64,000 nt of DNA from Verrucomicrobiia bacterium (GTDB lineage: Bacteria > Chloroflexota > Dormibacteria > Aeolococcales > Bog-877). The notes beneath the pieces were generated by a model. That model saw only the letters and a list, made by a program, of their open reading frames with translations, did no database searches and was not told the origin of the DNA. The translations under genes were made by a program, and so were the position numbers. The first letter of the stretch is position 1; each line of letters starts with the position of its first letter. The stretch lies in contig DATKRN010000069.1 of NCBI GenBank assembly GCA_035532155.1, positions 3,233 to 67,232 of the forward strand. The letters are read 5' to 3'. Of this stretch, positions 9,917-18,087 are shown piece by piece.

Positions 9917-11101
9917 GTGCCCGCCTGCGCCCGCCACCGCCCCCTCGCCCGCGGTGCTCGGGTCGGCGCCGCGGTGGTGGTGCTGGCCGCCATCGTCGGC
10001 GCCCCCGGGGCCTGCGGGGCGGTCGCGACCGCGGCGGCGGCCGGCTCCAGCGCCGCCTGCGCAACCGCCCAGGCTCGCGTGCCGCCCCCCGGGGTGAGTT
10101 CACCCGACCCGGTCCTGGAGCTGGCGACCGGGCTGGAGCAGCCCGACGATCTGGTCCGCTGGTCCGGGCGGCTGCTGGTGGGCGAGTACGGCAGCGGACG
10201 GATCGCCCAGGTGGACGGCCCGGGCGGCCCGCTGGTGCCGCTGCTGGTCCGGGTCCCCGAGGTCGAGGGTCTGGCGGGGCTGGGCGGGACCCTGGTGGTG
10301 GCAGACCAGGCCACCGACCAGGTGGTGACGGTCGCCGCGGCTCGCGTCCGCAGCCTGGTCTCGCTCCGCCCGGTGCCGGGCGTGGAGGGGGTGGACGGGG
10401 TGGGGGCGGCCGCGGGGCAGGTGATCATCCCCGACAGCGCTCGCGGTTCGATCCTGTGGGTCACGCCACGGGGGCGCACGGTGCGCCGGATGGTTGGCTT
10501 CGACCGCCCGACGGGGGTCTGGCCGCTGCCGGGGGGTGGAGTGCTGGTCGCCGTCGAGGACGGCGGCGAGGTGATGCGGGTCGCTGCCGACGGCGCCCGT
10601 TCCCTCCTGGCGTCCGGGCTTGACCTCCCCGACGACGTGGCCCGCAGCGCCTCGGGGACCACCTACGTCGTCGCGATCGGGTCGGGGGTCCTCGACCGGG
10701 TGGGCGGGAGGATCGCCCGCGTGCTCGTGTCCGGGCTGGGTCAACCCCAGGGGCTGGCCCTGGATGGCGCCGGCAACCCGATCGTGACGGAGTCCAGCCA
10801 GGGCCGGGTCGACCTGGTCGTCACAACCCTGGCGGTGGAGCCGCCGGGTCCGATCCCCGCGCTCCCCGCCGGCGGGCGCCTGTGCGTTCGGCTGGTGCGC
10901 GGGCCGGGCTTCTCCGCGGCCGCCATGATCGCGGCGAGCTCCTTCTATCGGGTCGGGGTCCAGCCCGGCCGAGGGACCCGCGGCGTGGTGCGCGTCGGCG
11001 CCTGCGCCCGCATCTGTCGCCTCGATGTGGTGGTGCGATCCGGACGGCTCACCGCCTCGACCTGGCTGGCGTACCGGCACGCGCCCACCCCGTCGGTGTG
11101 A
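9917..11101 (+). CDS. Secreted NHL/SMP-30-like beta-propeller protein
   Basis: Signal or Tat-like N-terminus (RHRPLARGARVGAAVVVLAAIVGA). Repeated G-x-D/A-x-D-G modules typical of 6-bladed propellers. Confidence 0.5.
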   Translation: MPACARHRPLARGARVGAAVVVLAAIVGAPGACGAVATAAAAGSSAACATAQARVPPPGVSSPDPVLELATGLEQPDDLVRWSGRLLVGEYGSGRIAQVDGPGGPLVPLLVRVPEVEGLAGLGGTLVVADQATDQVVTVAAARVRSLVSLRPVPGVEGVDGVGAAAGQVIIPDSARGSILWVTPRGRTVRRMVGFDRPTGVWPLPGGGVLVAVEDGGEVMRVAADGARSLLASGLDLPDDVARSASGTTYVVAIGSGVLDRVGGRIARVLVSGLGQPQGLALDGAGNPIVTESSQGRVDLVVTTLAVEPPGPIPALPAGGRLCVRLVRGPGFSAAAMIAASSFYRVGVQPGRGTRGVVRVGACARICRLDVVVRSGRLTASTWLAYRHAPTPSV

Positions 11102-11370
11102 CCGCCGGCCCGGCCACCGGGCGGGATCGCCTGGGGTCGGGCGCGAACCACCCGCCAGCGGGCGAGGTCGCCACCGGTGCACCCGCGGTCCGTCTCCGCG
11201 GCCGCCACCGGTCCGCCGTGGTGGTGGACCCGCTGCCGCTCGACTCCCGTCGTTGGCATCTCGCCCCCGCTCCCGCCCTGGAGGTGGCGTCCGATGCCCC
11301 GGCGTCTCAGCCCCACCGTGCTCCGGACCCCGTGCCCGGCGACCTCCTCCCGGGCGCGAGGGGGTTGGTA

Positions 11371-11400
11371 CAGTTGGTTCAGCCATGACTGAACCAACTG
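11371..11400. promoter_or_regulatory. Perfect 12-bp inverted repeat (CAGTTGGTTCAG-N6-CTGAACCAACTG) spanning the regulator start codon; candidate operator
   Basis: Read directly: cagttggttcag ccatga ctgaaccaactg. The ATG of the regulator sits in the 6-nt spacer. Confidence 0.5.
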
Positions 11401-11864
11401 GGTCAGACGAGCCCCGGGTGCTCGAGTACGTCGAGCGGGTCGCGCAGTCCTTCTCGACGCAGGGGCTGCCGCTGGTGGCGGGGAGGATCCTCGGGTGGCT
11501 TTTGGTCTGCGACCCTGAGGAACAGACGGCGGGCGAGATCGCGGCGGCGATCCGCGCCAGCAAGGGGTCGCTCTCGACCAACCTGCGCCTGCTCCACGCG
11601 ATGCGGCTGGTGGCCCGGGTCACCTGGCCCGGCCAGCGGGCCGTGCGCCACCGGGTCGACATCGGCCTGGGGGCCGAACGCGGACGGCGAGCCGTCTTGG
11701 AACTGAGCCTGATCACGCGCCTGCTGAGTGAGGGGGTCGCCCTGCTCGGTCTCGAGTCGCCGCGGGCGCGGCGGCTGGTGGATGCCCACGCGGTCTATGC
11801 CGCGATGGACCGAGACCTGCATGCGCTCTGGCAGCGATGGGAGGCGGAGTGGGGCCGCCCCTGA
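11385..11864 (+). CDS. Winged-helix transcriptional regulator (MarR/GbsR-like)
   Basis: In-frame ATG at 11385 within track ORF 11025..11864. HTH region EIAAAIRASKGSLSTNLRLLHAMRLV. Lies upstream of and overlapping the ABC transporter genes. Confidence 0.7.
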   Translation: MTEPTGSDEPRVLEYVERVAQSFSTQGLPLVAGRILGWLLVCDPEEQTAGEIAAAIRASKGSLSTNLRLLHAMRLVARVTWPGQRAVRHRVDIGLGAERGRRAVLELSLITRLLSEGVALLGLESPRARRLVDAHAVYAAMDRDLHALWQRWEAEWGRP

Positions 11865-12751
11865 CCCACGCGATCCGCTGCGAGCACCTCAGCAAGCGCT
11901 TCGGCGCGGTGACCGCGCTGGAGGCGCTCTCGCTGGAGGTCGGCGGCGGCACGATCTTCGGGTACTTGGGGGCCAACGGCGCCGGCAAGACCACGACCAT
12001 TCGCCTGCTGCTGGGGCTGCTGCGACCGGACGCGGGGCACGTCGCGGTGCTCGGGGGCGATCCCCGCGCGCCCGAATCCCGTCGCCAGGTCGGCTACCTT
12101 CCTGCCGAGCTCCGGCTCGACCACCGCTGCACCGCCTTTGAGCTGCTGAGCCACTGGGCCACCCTGCGGGGCGGGGTGGAGCGCGCCTACCGCGACCGCC
12201 TGATCGAGCGAGTCCAGCTCGACCCCGGTCGGCGGGTCCGCCAGCTCTCCAGCGGCAATCGGCGCAAGGTGGGACTGGTCGCCGCCTTCATGGCGCGACC
12301 CCGCCTGCTGGTGCTGGACGAGCCCACCCAGGGCCTCGACCCGCTGGTCCAGGCGGAATTCGTGGCCCTGCTGAGGGAGGTGCGGGGTGAGGGGGCCACG
12401 GTGTTCCTCTCCTCGCACGTCCTGACCGAGGTGCAGCGGTGCGCCGACCGGGTCGCGGTCCTGCGCCGCGGGAGCGTGGTGCGCGAGGGCACGGTCGAGA
12501 CGCTCCGGCACCTGGCGCGCCAGCCGTTTGACGTCGAGTTCGACGGCCCCGCGCCCACCGCCGAGCTCGCCGCCGTCCCCGGAGTCGCGGACCTATGGGT
12601 TGACGGCGGGCATGCGCGCTGGGTCGTGACCGGCCCGCTCCAGCCGCTCCTGGCGGTGCTGGCCGCCCACCCGGTGCGCTCGCTGTCGGCCCCCGAGCCC
12701 GACCTCGAGGCCGCGGTGCTCTCTCTCTACTCGGAGGTGCCGCGAGCGTGA
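11837..12751 (+). CDS. ABC transporter ATP-binding protein (ABC-2 exporter type)
   Basis: Walker A GANGAGKTT, signature LSSGNRRKV, Walker B LLVLDEPT. The true start is probably a non-ATG codon just after the regulator stop at 11864. Confidence 0.85.
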   Translation: MGGGVGPPLTHAIRCEHLSKRFGAVTALEALSLEVGGGTIFGYLGANGAGKTTTIRLLLGLLRPDAGHVAVLGGDPRAPESRRQVGYLPAELRLDHRCTAFELLSHWATLRGGVERAYRDRLIERVQLDPGRRVRQLSSGNRRKVGLVAAFMARPRLLVLDEPTQGLDPLVQAEFVALLREVRGEGATVFLSSHVLTEVQRCADRVAVLRRGSVVREGTVETLRHLARQPFDVEFDGPAPTAELAAVPGVADLWVDGGHARWVVTGPLQPLLAVLAAHPVRSLSAPEPDLEAAVLSLYSEVPRA

Positions 12752-13542
12752 CCGAGTTCGCCTTCGCGGTCCGCTGCCAGCTGCGCTCCGGCCTGGTGTG
12801 GGCCGGCAGCCTGGCCGCCTACGTGGCCCTGGTCGTGGCGGCGTGGCCCACGGTCCGGCACGCGGCTCCCGCGCTCGCGAGCTACGTCCGCCACCTTCCG
12901 CGCGGGCTGGCCGCCGCCTTCGGGGTGACCAGCCTGGCGACGCCGGCGGGCTATCTCGAGGGCGAGCTGTTCGCCGTCATCGTGCCCTTCCTGCTGATCA
13001 CCGCGGCGGTCCTCAGCACCGTGGGTCTCACCGCCGGGGATGAGGATCAGGGGTACTTCGAGATCTTGCTGACCCTGCCGGTGTCGCGGCGCCGCATCCT
13101 GCTCCAGCGCGGGCTGGCCGCCCTGGTCGTGCTGGTGGCCCTCGGGGCCGTGATCGAGCTGATGGTGGCGGGGGTGGGAGCGCTGGTCGGCCTGGGGATC
13201 GCCCTCGACCGGCTGACCGCGGCGACGCTCGCGCTGGTGGTGCTCGCGGCGCTCCATGCCGCGGTGGCCCATGCCGGCGCCGGCTTGGGCCTCGGACGCA
13301 CCCGTGCGCTGGCGGTGGCTCTGAGCATCGCGGGGATCGGATACGTGATGAACAGCCTGCTGCCGCTGGCGAGAGGCCTCGCCCCCGTCGCCGACCTGTC
13401 CCCGTGGCATTGGACGGTGGGCCAGAACCCGCTCCACACCGGCGTGCCCACTGTCGGGATCCTGGGCGAGCTCGCCCTGATCGCTGCCCTGGTCACGGTG
13501 GGAACCTTGGGGTTCGGCAGGCGTGACATCCGGGCGGCGTAG
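12748..13542 (+). CDS. ABC-2 family transporter permease
   Basis: Six hydrophobic segments. GTGA start/stop overlap with the ATPase gene indicates translational coupling. Confidence 0.8.
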   Translation: MTEFAFAVRCQLRSGLVWAGSLAAYVALVVAAWPTVRHAAPALASYVRHLPRGLAAAFGVTSLATPAGYLEGELFAVIVPFLLITAAVLSTVGLTAGDEDQGYFEILLTLPVSRRRILLQRGLAALVVLVALGAVIELMVAGVGALVGLGIALDRLTAATLALVVLAALHAAVAHAGAGLGLGRTRALAVALSIAGIGYVMNSLLPLARGLAPVADLSPWHWTVGQNPLHTGVPTVGILGELALIAALVTVGTLGFGRRDIRAA

Positions 13543-13566
13543 GCGGAGCCGGTCGCGCCCTCTGGC

Positions 13567-15975
13567 TCAGGCGATGGTGACGCTGCCCAGACCCTCGTCC
13601 AGGGCGGCCAGCAGGCGGTCCACCTCCGGCTCCTGGATGACCAGCGGGGGACGTATCTTCAGCACGTTGCCCTCGGGTCCGGTGTTGCCGATCAGCACGC
13701 CCTGGTCCCGCATCCGGTTGATGACGGCGCTGGCGGTCCCGGGGGCGGGGTCCCGGGTGCCGCGGTCGCGCACCAGCTCCACCCCCACCAGCAGGCCCAT
13801 CCGACGGACCTCGCCCACCACCGGGTGGCGCGCGGCCAGCACCGCCAACCCCTCGCCGAGGCGGTGGCCCATCGCGTCTGCGTGCTGGACCAGCTTCTCC
13901 TCATCGATGACAGCGAGCACCGCCAACCCGGCCGCACAGGCGACCGGGTTGCCCCCGAAGGTGCTGAACCACTCGGTCGCCTCCGCGAACCGCTGGGCGA
14001 TCTCGGCGCGCGTGACCACTGCCGCCACCGGATGGCCATTGCCCATGGGCTTGCCCAAGGTGACGATGTCGGGGACCACGCCGTGCACCTGGAATCCCCA
14101 CAGATGGGTGCCGGGGCGGCCGAATCCGGTCTGGACCTCGTCCCCCACGAACAGGCCGCCGGCGGCGCGCCAGCGCCGGACGGCCTCCTGCAGATAGGTG
14201 GGGGGCGGTCGCAGGATGCCCTCGCTGGTGAAGCCGGCATCGATGAACATCGCCGCCGGGCGGTGGCCGTCGCGGGCGAGCTGGGCGACCGCGGTGTCGA
14301 CCGCCTCGGCGTAGCGCTCCCCCCAGCCGGGCTGGTCGGCACGGTGGCGGCCGCGATAGCCGTCGGGGGGCGGCAGCAGGGCGACGTGGGGGGGTCGCTC
14401 GTCGGGCGTGCGCCACTCGGCCGGCGAGAGCTCCGCCACCGCTCGGGTGACGCCGTGATAGGCGGAGCGGGTCACCAGTCCCCCGCTGCCGCCGGTGGCG
14501 CAGGTGGCCAGCCGCCAGGCGAGATCGTTGGCCTCGCTGCCGGAGTTGACGAACATCACGGTGTCCAGCCCTTCGGGAAGCGCGGCGATCAGGCGCTCCG
14601 CCAGCGCCAGCGCTGATTCGTGGAGATAGCGCACGTTGGTGTTGAGCCGCGCGACCTGGGCGGTGACCGCCGCGACCACGCGGGGATGGCAGTGTCCGAC
14701 CACGGGGACGTTGTTGTAGGCGTCCAGGTAGGTGCGCCCCTCGGCGTCGGACAGCCAGACGCCGGAGCCGCCGACCAGGTGCAGCGGGCGGTCGTAGGAG
14801 AGCGGCGAGATGGCGGGGCCGAAGAGCCGGCGGCGGCGTGCCGCCATCGCAGCAACCGCCGCCGCCGAGCCGCGCGACCGCGGCGGCTCCCGGGAGGATC
14901 CCACCGGCGCGGCACCGGCGACCGCGGCCGCGATCACATCCCGTGCCTGCTGGCGCCACCGGTCGGGGCCGGCGGCCTCGATCCGTGCGAACATCGACCA
15001 CACTCCGCGCTCCCAGCCCCGCACGTAGTCGGCGCAGGCGGGGTACCGCTTCTGGCGCCAGGCGGCCAGGGTGGCGCTGGTGGCCCAGCGCACGCTCAGG
15101 AGGTCGGGCAGGAGCTCCACCTCCTCGGGCTCGAGCGGGGTCACCGACGAGAACCCCTGGCAGAGCGCGGCCAGCGCCTCCAGCGGGTCGTCGCGATCGG
15201 TGACCAGCTCCGCGCTGGCGAGCAGGTCGGCCACCGTGGCCGCATGCATCATGTCGCCGAAGTCCAGGATGCCGCTGACCCGCCGGTGCCGGTCGAAGAG
15301 GGTGTTGTCGAGGCTGACATCCCCGTGGATGACCTGCGCCCTAAGGCCCGGCAGCCGTGGCAGCGCCCGCGCCTCGAACCCATCCAGCACCGCCGTCAGG
15401 AGCCGCCGCCGCGACTGGTCGTCGACGTCCGGCAGCAGCCCTCGGAGCCGGGGGGCCTCCCGCAGGTTCCACAGCAGGGTGTGTCCGGCGGCGGGGTGGA
15501 AGAACCCTCGCAGCGACCGGCCCAGTCGGGCCGACGCGACTCCGAAGGCGACGATCGCCTCCCGGTCGAGGTCCGGCCCCTCGAGATGCTCGCCGGCGAG
15601 GAAGGTCAGCAGGCGGACGATGTGGGGAATGCCCTCGGAATCGGTCACGATCCGGTGGAGAGCGCCGTCCGGATCCGGCACCGGGGTCATGATGGGAAGG
15701 CTGGGGTCGGTCCGGCGCACATGCAGCATCGCCTGCGTCTGCATGTCCACCACGCCCGGGTCCTCGGCGGCGTTGTGGATCTTGAGCAGGAACGAGCACC
15801 CGTCCTCACCCGTGATGCGGAAGTTCTGGTCGCGCTCGCTCACCAGCTGGTCGGCCGAGCCCAGCACCTGGAAGTGGTCGCGGGCGACCTGCGCCGCGTC
15901 CTGCGCGCTGAAGTGCGGCAGCGGCGCGTCGAGTGGCCCGGCGCCGACACGCGGGGCGCCTGCGGTCTCGGGCAC
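13567..15975 (-). CDS. Bifunctional fusion: aminoglycoside-phosphotransferase-like kinase (N-term) and class-III aminotransferase-fold PLP enzyme (C-term; phospho-lyase-like)
   Basis: N-terminal APH fold: HGDVSLDNTLF, ILDFGD. C-terminal AT-III: GHCHPRVVAAV, FVNSGSEANDLA, DEVQTGFGR, and the TLGKPMGNG lysine. Start chosen as GTG at 15973-75, just before the kinase domain; the track ATG at 16371 would collide with the divergent cupredoxin gene. Confidence 0.8.
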   Translation of the reverse strand: MPETAGAPRVGAGPLDAPLPHFSAQDAAQVARDHFQVLGSADQLVSERDQNFRITGEDGCSFLLKIHNAAEDPGVVDMQTQAMLHVRRTDPSLPIMTPVPDPDGALHRIVTDSEGIPHIVRLLTFLAGEHLEGPDLDREAIVAFGVASARLGRSLRGFFHPAAGHTLLWNLREAPRLRGLLPDVDDQSRRRLLTAVLDGFEARALPRLPGLRAQVIHGDVSLDNTLFDRHRRVSGILDFGDMMHAATVADLLASAELVTDRDDPLEALAALCQGFSSVTPLEPEEVELLPDLLSVRWATSATLAAWRQKRYPACADYVRGWERGVWSMFARIEAAGPDRWRQQARDVIAAAVAGAAPVGSSREPPRSRGSAAAVAAMAARRRRLFGPAISPLSYDRPLHLVGGSGVWLSDAEGRTYLDAYNNVPVVGHCHPRVVAAVTAQVARLNTNVRYLHESALALAERLIAALPEGLDTVMFVNSGSEANDLAWRLATCATGGSGGLVTRSAYHGVTRAVAELSPAEWRTPDERPPHVALLPPPDGYRGRHRADQPGWGERYAEAVDTAVAQLARDGHRPAAMFIDAGFTSEGILRPPPTYLQEAVRRWRAAGGLFVGDEVQTGFGRPGTHLWGFQVHGVVPDIVTLGKPMGNGHPVAAVVTRAEIAQRFAEATEWFSTFGGNPVACAAGLAVLAVIDEEKLVQHADAMGHRLGEGLAVLAARHPVVGEVRRMGLLVGVELVRDRGTRDPAPGTASAVINRMRDQGVLIGNTGPEGNVLKIRPPLVIQEPEVDRLLAALDEGLGSVTIA

Positions 15976-16183
15976 AGCGCCATCATAGGCAGGCTCGGTC
16001 GCCCGGAGGCGGGCGCCCGATGGGCGAGGCCCCCGCGGGCCAGATGGTATGATCGGCGTACGACGACGGGTCGCGCCGGACGAAACGAGGGGAGCGTGGG
16101 TCCGGGGAGCGCGATCGCGCTGACGGCGAATTGTAGGGTGCGCGGCCGAGCCTCGCGCCACGTCACGTGACCGGAGGAACAAC

Positions 16184-16789
16184 ATGTCGATGATCACGTC
16201 ACGCGCAGCCGAGCGGACCGGTGCGGCGGGCTCCCTGGGGACCCGCGGAGCCGGCTGGCGGCGGCGGGTGGTCACAGCCGGCGTCCTGGTGGCGATGGCA
16301 GGCGGAGGGGCGGTGCTGGGGTCGGGCGCGATCGCGCAGGCCGCCTCGCGACAGGCTCCCCATGCGGGCAACCCGGTGGCTCGCTACCTCAGCGTCAACG
16401 TCGCGCACAAGACCGCCACCCTCACCCTGCTGGCGGGGCTCAAGACCGCCAACTACGGGTTCGACTTCAACGGCTACGCCAAGGGCGCGATGACGATCAG
16501 CGTCCCCACCCACTGGCGGGTCGTGGTGCACTGTGAGAACAAGGGCAACATCCCGCACTCGTGCGTGATCGTGGCCAACGCCAAGGCGAGCCTCCCGGTG
16601 TTCAAGGGAGCGGGGACGCCGGACGGCAAGAAGGGCATCGCGGCGGGGCACGCGGCGACCTTTGCCTTCACCGCGGGCAAGCCCGGCCACTACATCCTGG
16701 GCTGCGTCGTCCCCGGCCACATCCCGACCGGGATGTGGGACCACTTCGTGGTCACCGCCGGCGGCCGGCCCTCGATCTCGGCTCGCTGA
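16184..16789 (+). CDS. Type-1 copper (cupredoxin) protein, sulfocyanin/plastocyanin-like, Tat-type signal
   Basis: Copper-ligand pattern H(IPHSC)...C-x4-H-x4-M (GCVVPGHIPTGMWDH). N-terminal GWRRRVVTAGVLVAMAGGG resembles a twin-arginine signal. GGAGG ribosome-binding site 7 nt upstream. Confidence 0.8.
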   Translation: MSMITSRAAERTGAAGSLGTRGAGWRRRVVTAGVLVAMAGGGAVLGSGAIAQAASRQAPHAGNPVARYLSVNVAHKTATLTLLAGLKTANYGFDFNGYAKGAMTISVPTHWRVVVHCENKGNIPHSCVIVANAKASLPVFKGAGTPDGKKGIAAGHAATFAFTAGKPGHYILGCVVPGHIPTGMWDHFVVTAGGRPSISAR

Positions 16790-16860
16790 TCCGATCGGGT
16801 CCCCGAGCACCCGGGCGGCCGGCCTCCTCGAGGCCGGCTCCCGGGCAGCCCCGGGCCCGC

Positions 16861-18087
16861 CCGGTCGGCCTGGTCCTGGGAGTCGCGCTCGCGGCAGCCG
16901 GGCTGGGCGGGTGCGCCCCATTCCGCGGGGGTGGGGCCACCCTCGCACGGTCCCCGGCCAGCCCCGCTGCGTGCTGGGATCAGCCTTCGCGGACCCTGCT
17001 CGGGGCCGCGGCGCTCTCGGCGACGCAGGTCTGGGCGGTTGGGGCCCAGCGCGCGGGCGGCCCCCGAGCCCTGGTGCGGACCCTGGTGGAGCGGTGGGAC
17101 GGTCTCAGGTGGGCCGTCCTCCCCAGCCCGGGTCCACAGGACAGCGTCCTGTACAGCGTGGCGGTGGTGTCCGCCGCCGACGTCTGGGCGGTCGGGACCG
17201 CGGGGACGGGTCCCGGCGACAGGGGGTCGCTGCCTCTGGTGGAGCACTGGAATGGGCGATCCTGGCGCCTCGTCCGCCTCCCCGGCCTCGTTCCAGCGGG
17301 GTCCTCGGCCGCCCTCCTGGCGGTCACCGCCTGGGCCCGCGGCCCGGTGGTGGCGGTCGGCTCGGTCGCCATCGGCCGGGGCCCGTCGCGCCCGCTGGTC
17401 GTGCGCTGGACCGGCTCCCGGTGGCAGGGCATCCCGGTCGCGCGGGGTCCAGGGGTTTCCGCCTCCAACTCCCCCGCCTCTCTGGTCGGGGTGGTCGCGC
17501 TGGCGCCGTCGAGCGTGCTCGCGATCGGAGCCGCGGGGGCGGGATCGCGCGAGCACGCGCTCGTGCTGGAGGGGTCCCTGCGCCGCCTTCAGCCAGTCAG
17601 CTCCGCTGTCCTGGGTGCGCGGATGACCTCGCTCACCGCCGCCGCGGCCACGGCGGGGGGCGGTCTCTTCCTGGCCGGGACCACTCCGGCGGGTGGCGGC
17701 AGTGCCAGCCTGGTGATGGCGCGGCGGGTGAGGGCGAGCTGGGCACTCGACCCGGCGCCGGGACCCGGACGCGCCTATCGCGAGATCGCCGCGATCGCGG
17801 GGAGCTCGCCCCGCGACGCGTGGGCGGTGGGCGCCTTCGCCAATGGCCCGGGCGGGCCGAGCGCGCGGCCCCTTGTCGAGCATTGGGACGGCAGGGCCTG
17901 GCGGGCGGTCGTGGTTCCGGATCCGGACCCTGGCCCGGGTGCGGATGGCGGCCTCGACGCGGTCGCGGTCGCCGGCCCCGCGGATGTGTGGGCGGTGGGC
18001 GGGTCCACGGTGAGACGGTGCGGCCCGACGCTGCCGTTGGCGGAGCACTGGGACGGCCACCTTTGGTCGGTCGTGGCGGCGCCCTGA
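16861..18087 (+). CDS. Lipoprotein with five W-rich ~60-aa repeats (beta-propeller-like)
   Basis: Lipobox LGGC. Repeats LVERWDGLRW, LVEHWNGRSW, LVVRWTGSRW, LVEHWDGRAW, LAEHWDGHLW, each followed by a ...VWAVG.. motif. The start codon is unclear: no ATG, and a possible GTG near 16735 would overlap the cupredoxin 3' end. Coordinates begin at the signal peptide. Confidence 0.5.
   Translation, partial: PVGLVLGVALAAAGLGGCAPFRGGGATLARSPASPAACWDQPSRTLLGAAALSATQVWAVGAQRAGGPRALVRTLVERWDGLRWAVLPSPGPQDSVLYSVAVVSAADVWAVGTAGTGPGDRGSLPLVEHWNGRSWRLVRLPGLVPAGSSAALLAVTAWARGPVVAVGSVAIGRGPSRPLVVRWTGSRWQGIPVARGPGVSASNSPASLVGVVALAPSSVLAIGAAGAGSREHALVLEGSLRRLQPVSSAVLGARMTSLTAAAATAGGGLFLAGTTPAGGGSASLVMARRVRASWALDPAPGPGRAYREIAAIAGSSPRDAWAVGAFANGPGGPSARPLVEHWDGRAWRAVVVPDPDPGPGADGGLDAVAVAGPADVWAVGGSTVRRCGPTLPLAEHWDGHLWSVVAAP

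Noticed and set aside
6747-10103. Very long ORFs on both strands (1054 aa on +, 744 aa on -) overlapping the PKS and acetoacetyl-CoA synthetase genes
   Set aside because: They are R/G/P-rich with no domain signatures. They are typical open-frame artefacts of about 70% GC DNA lying antisense or out of frame to clearly conserved genes. Only 7875..9911 (+) and 6666..7784 (-) are real.
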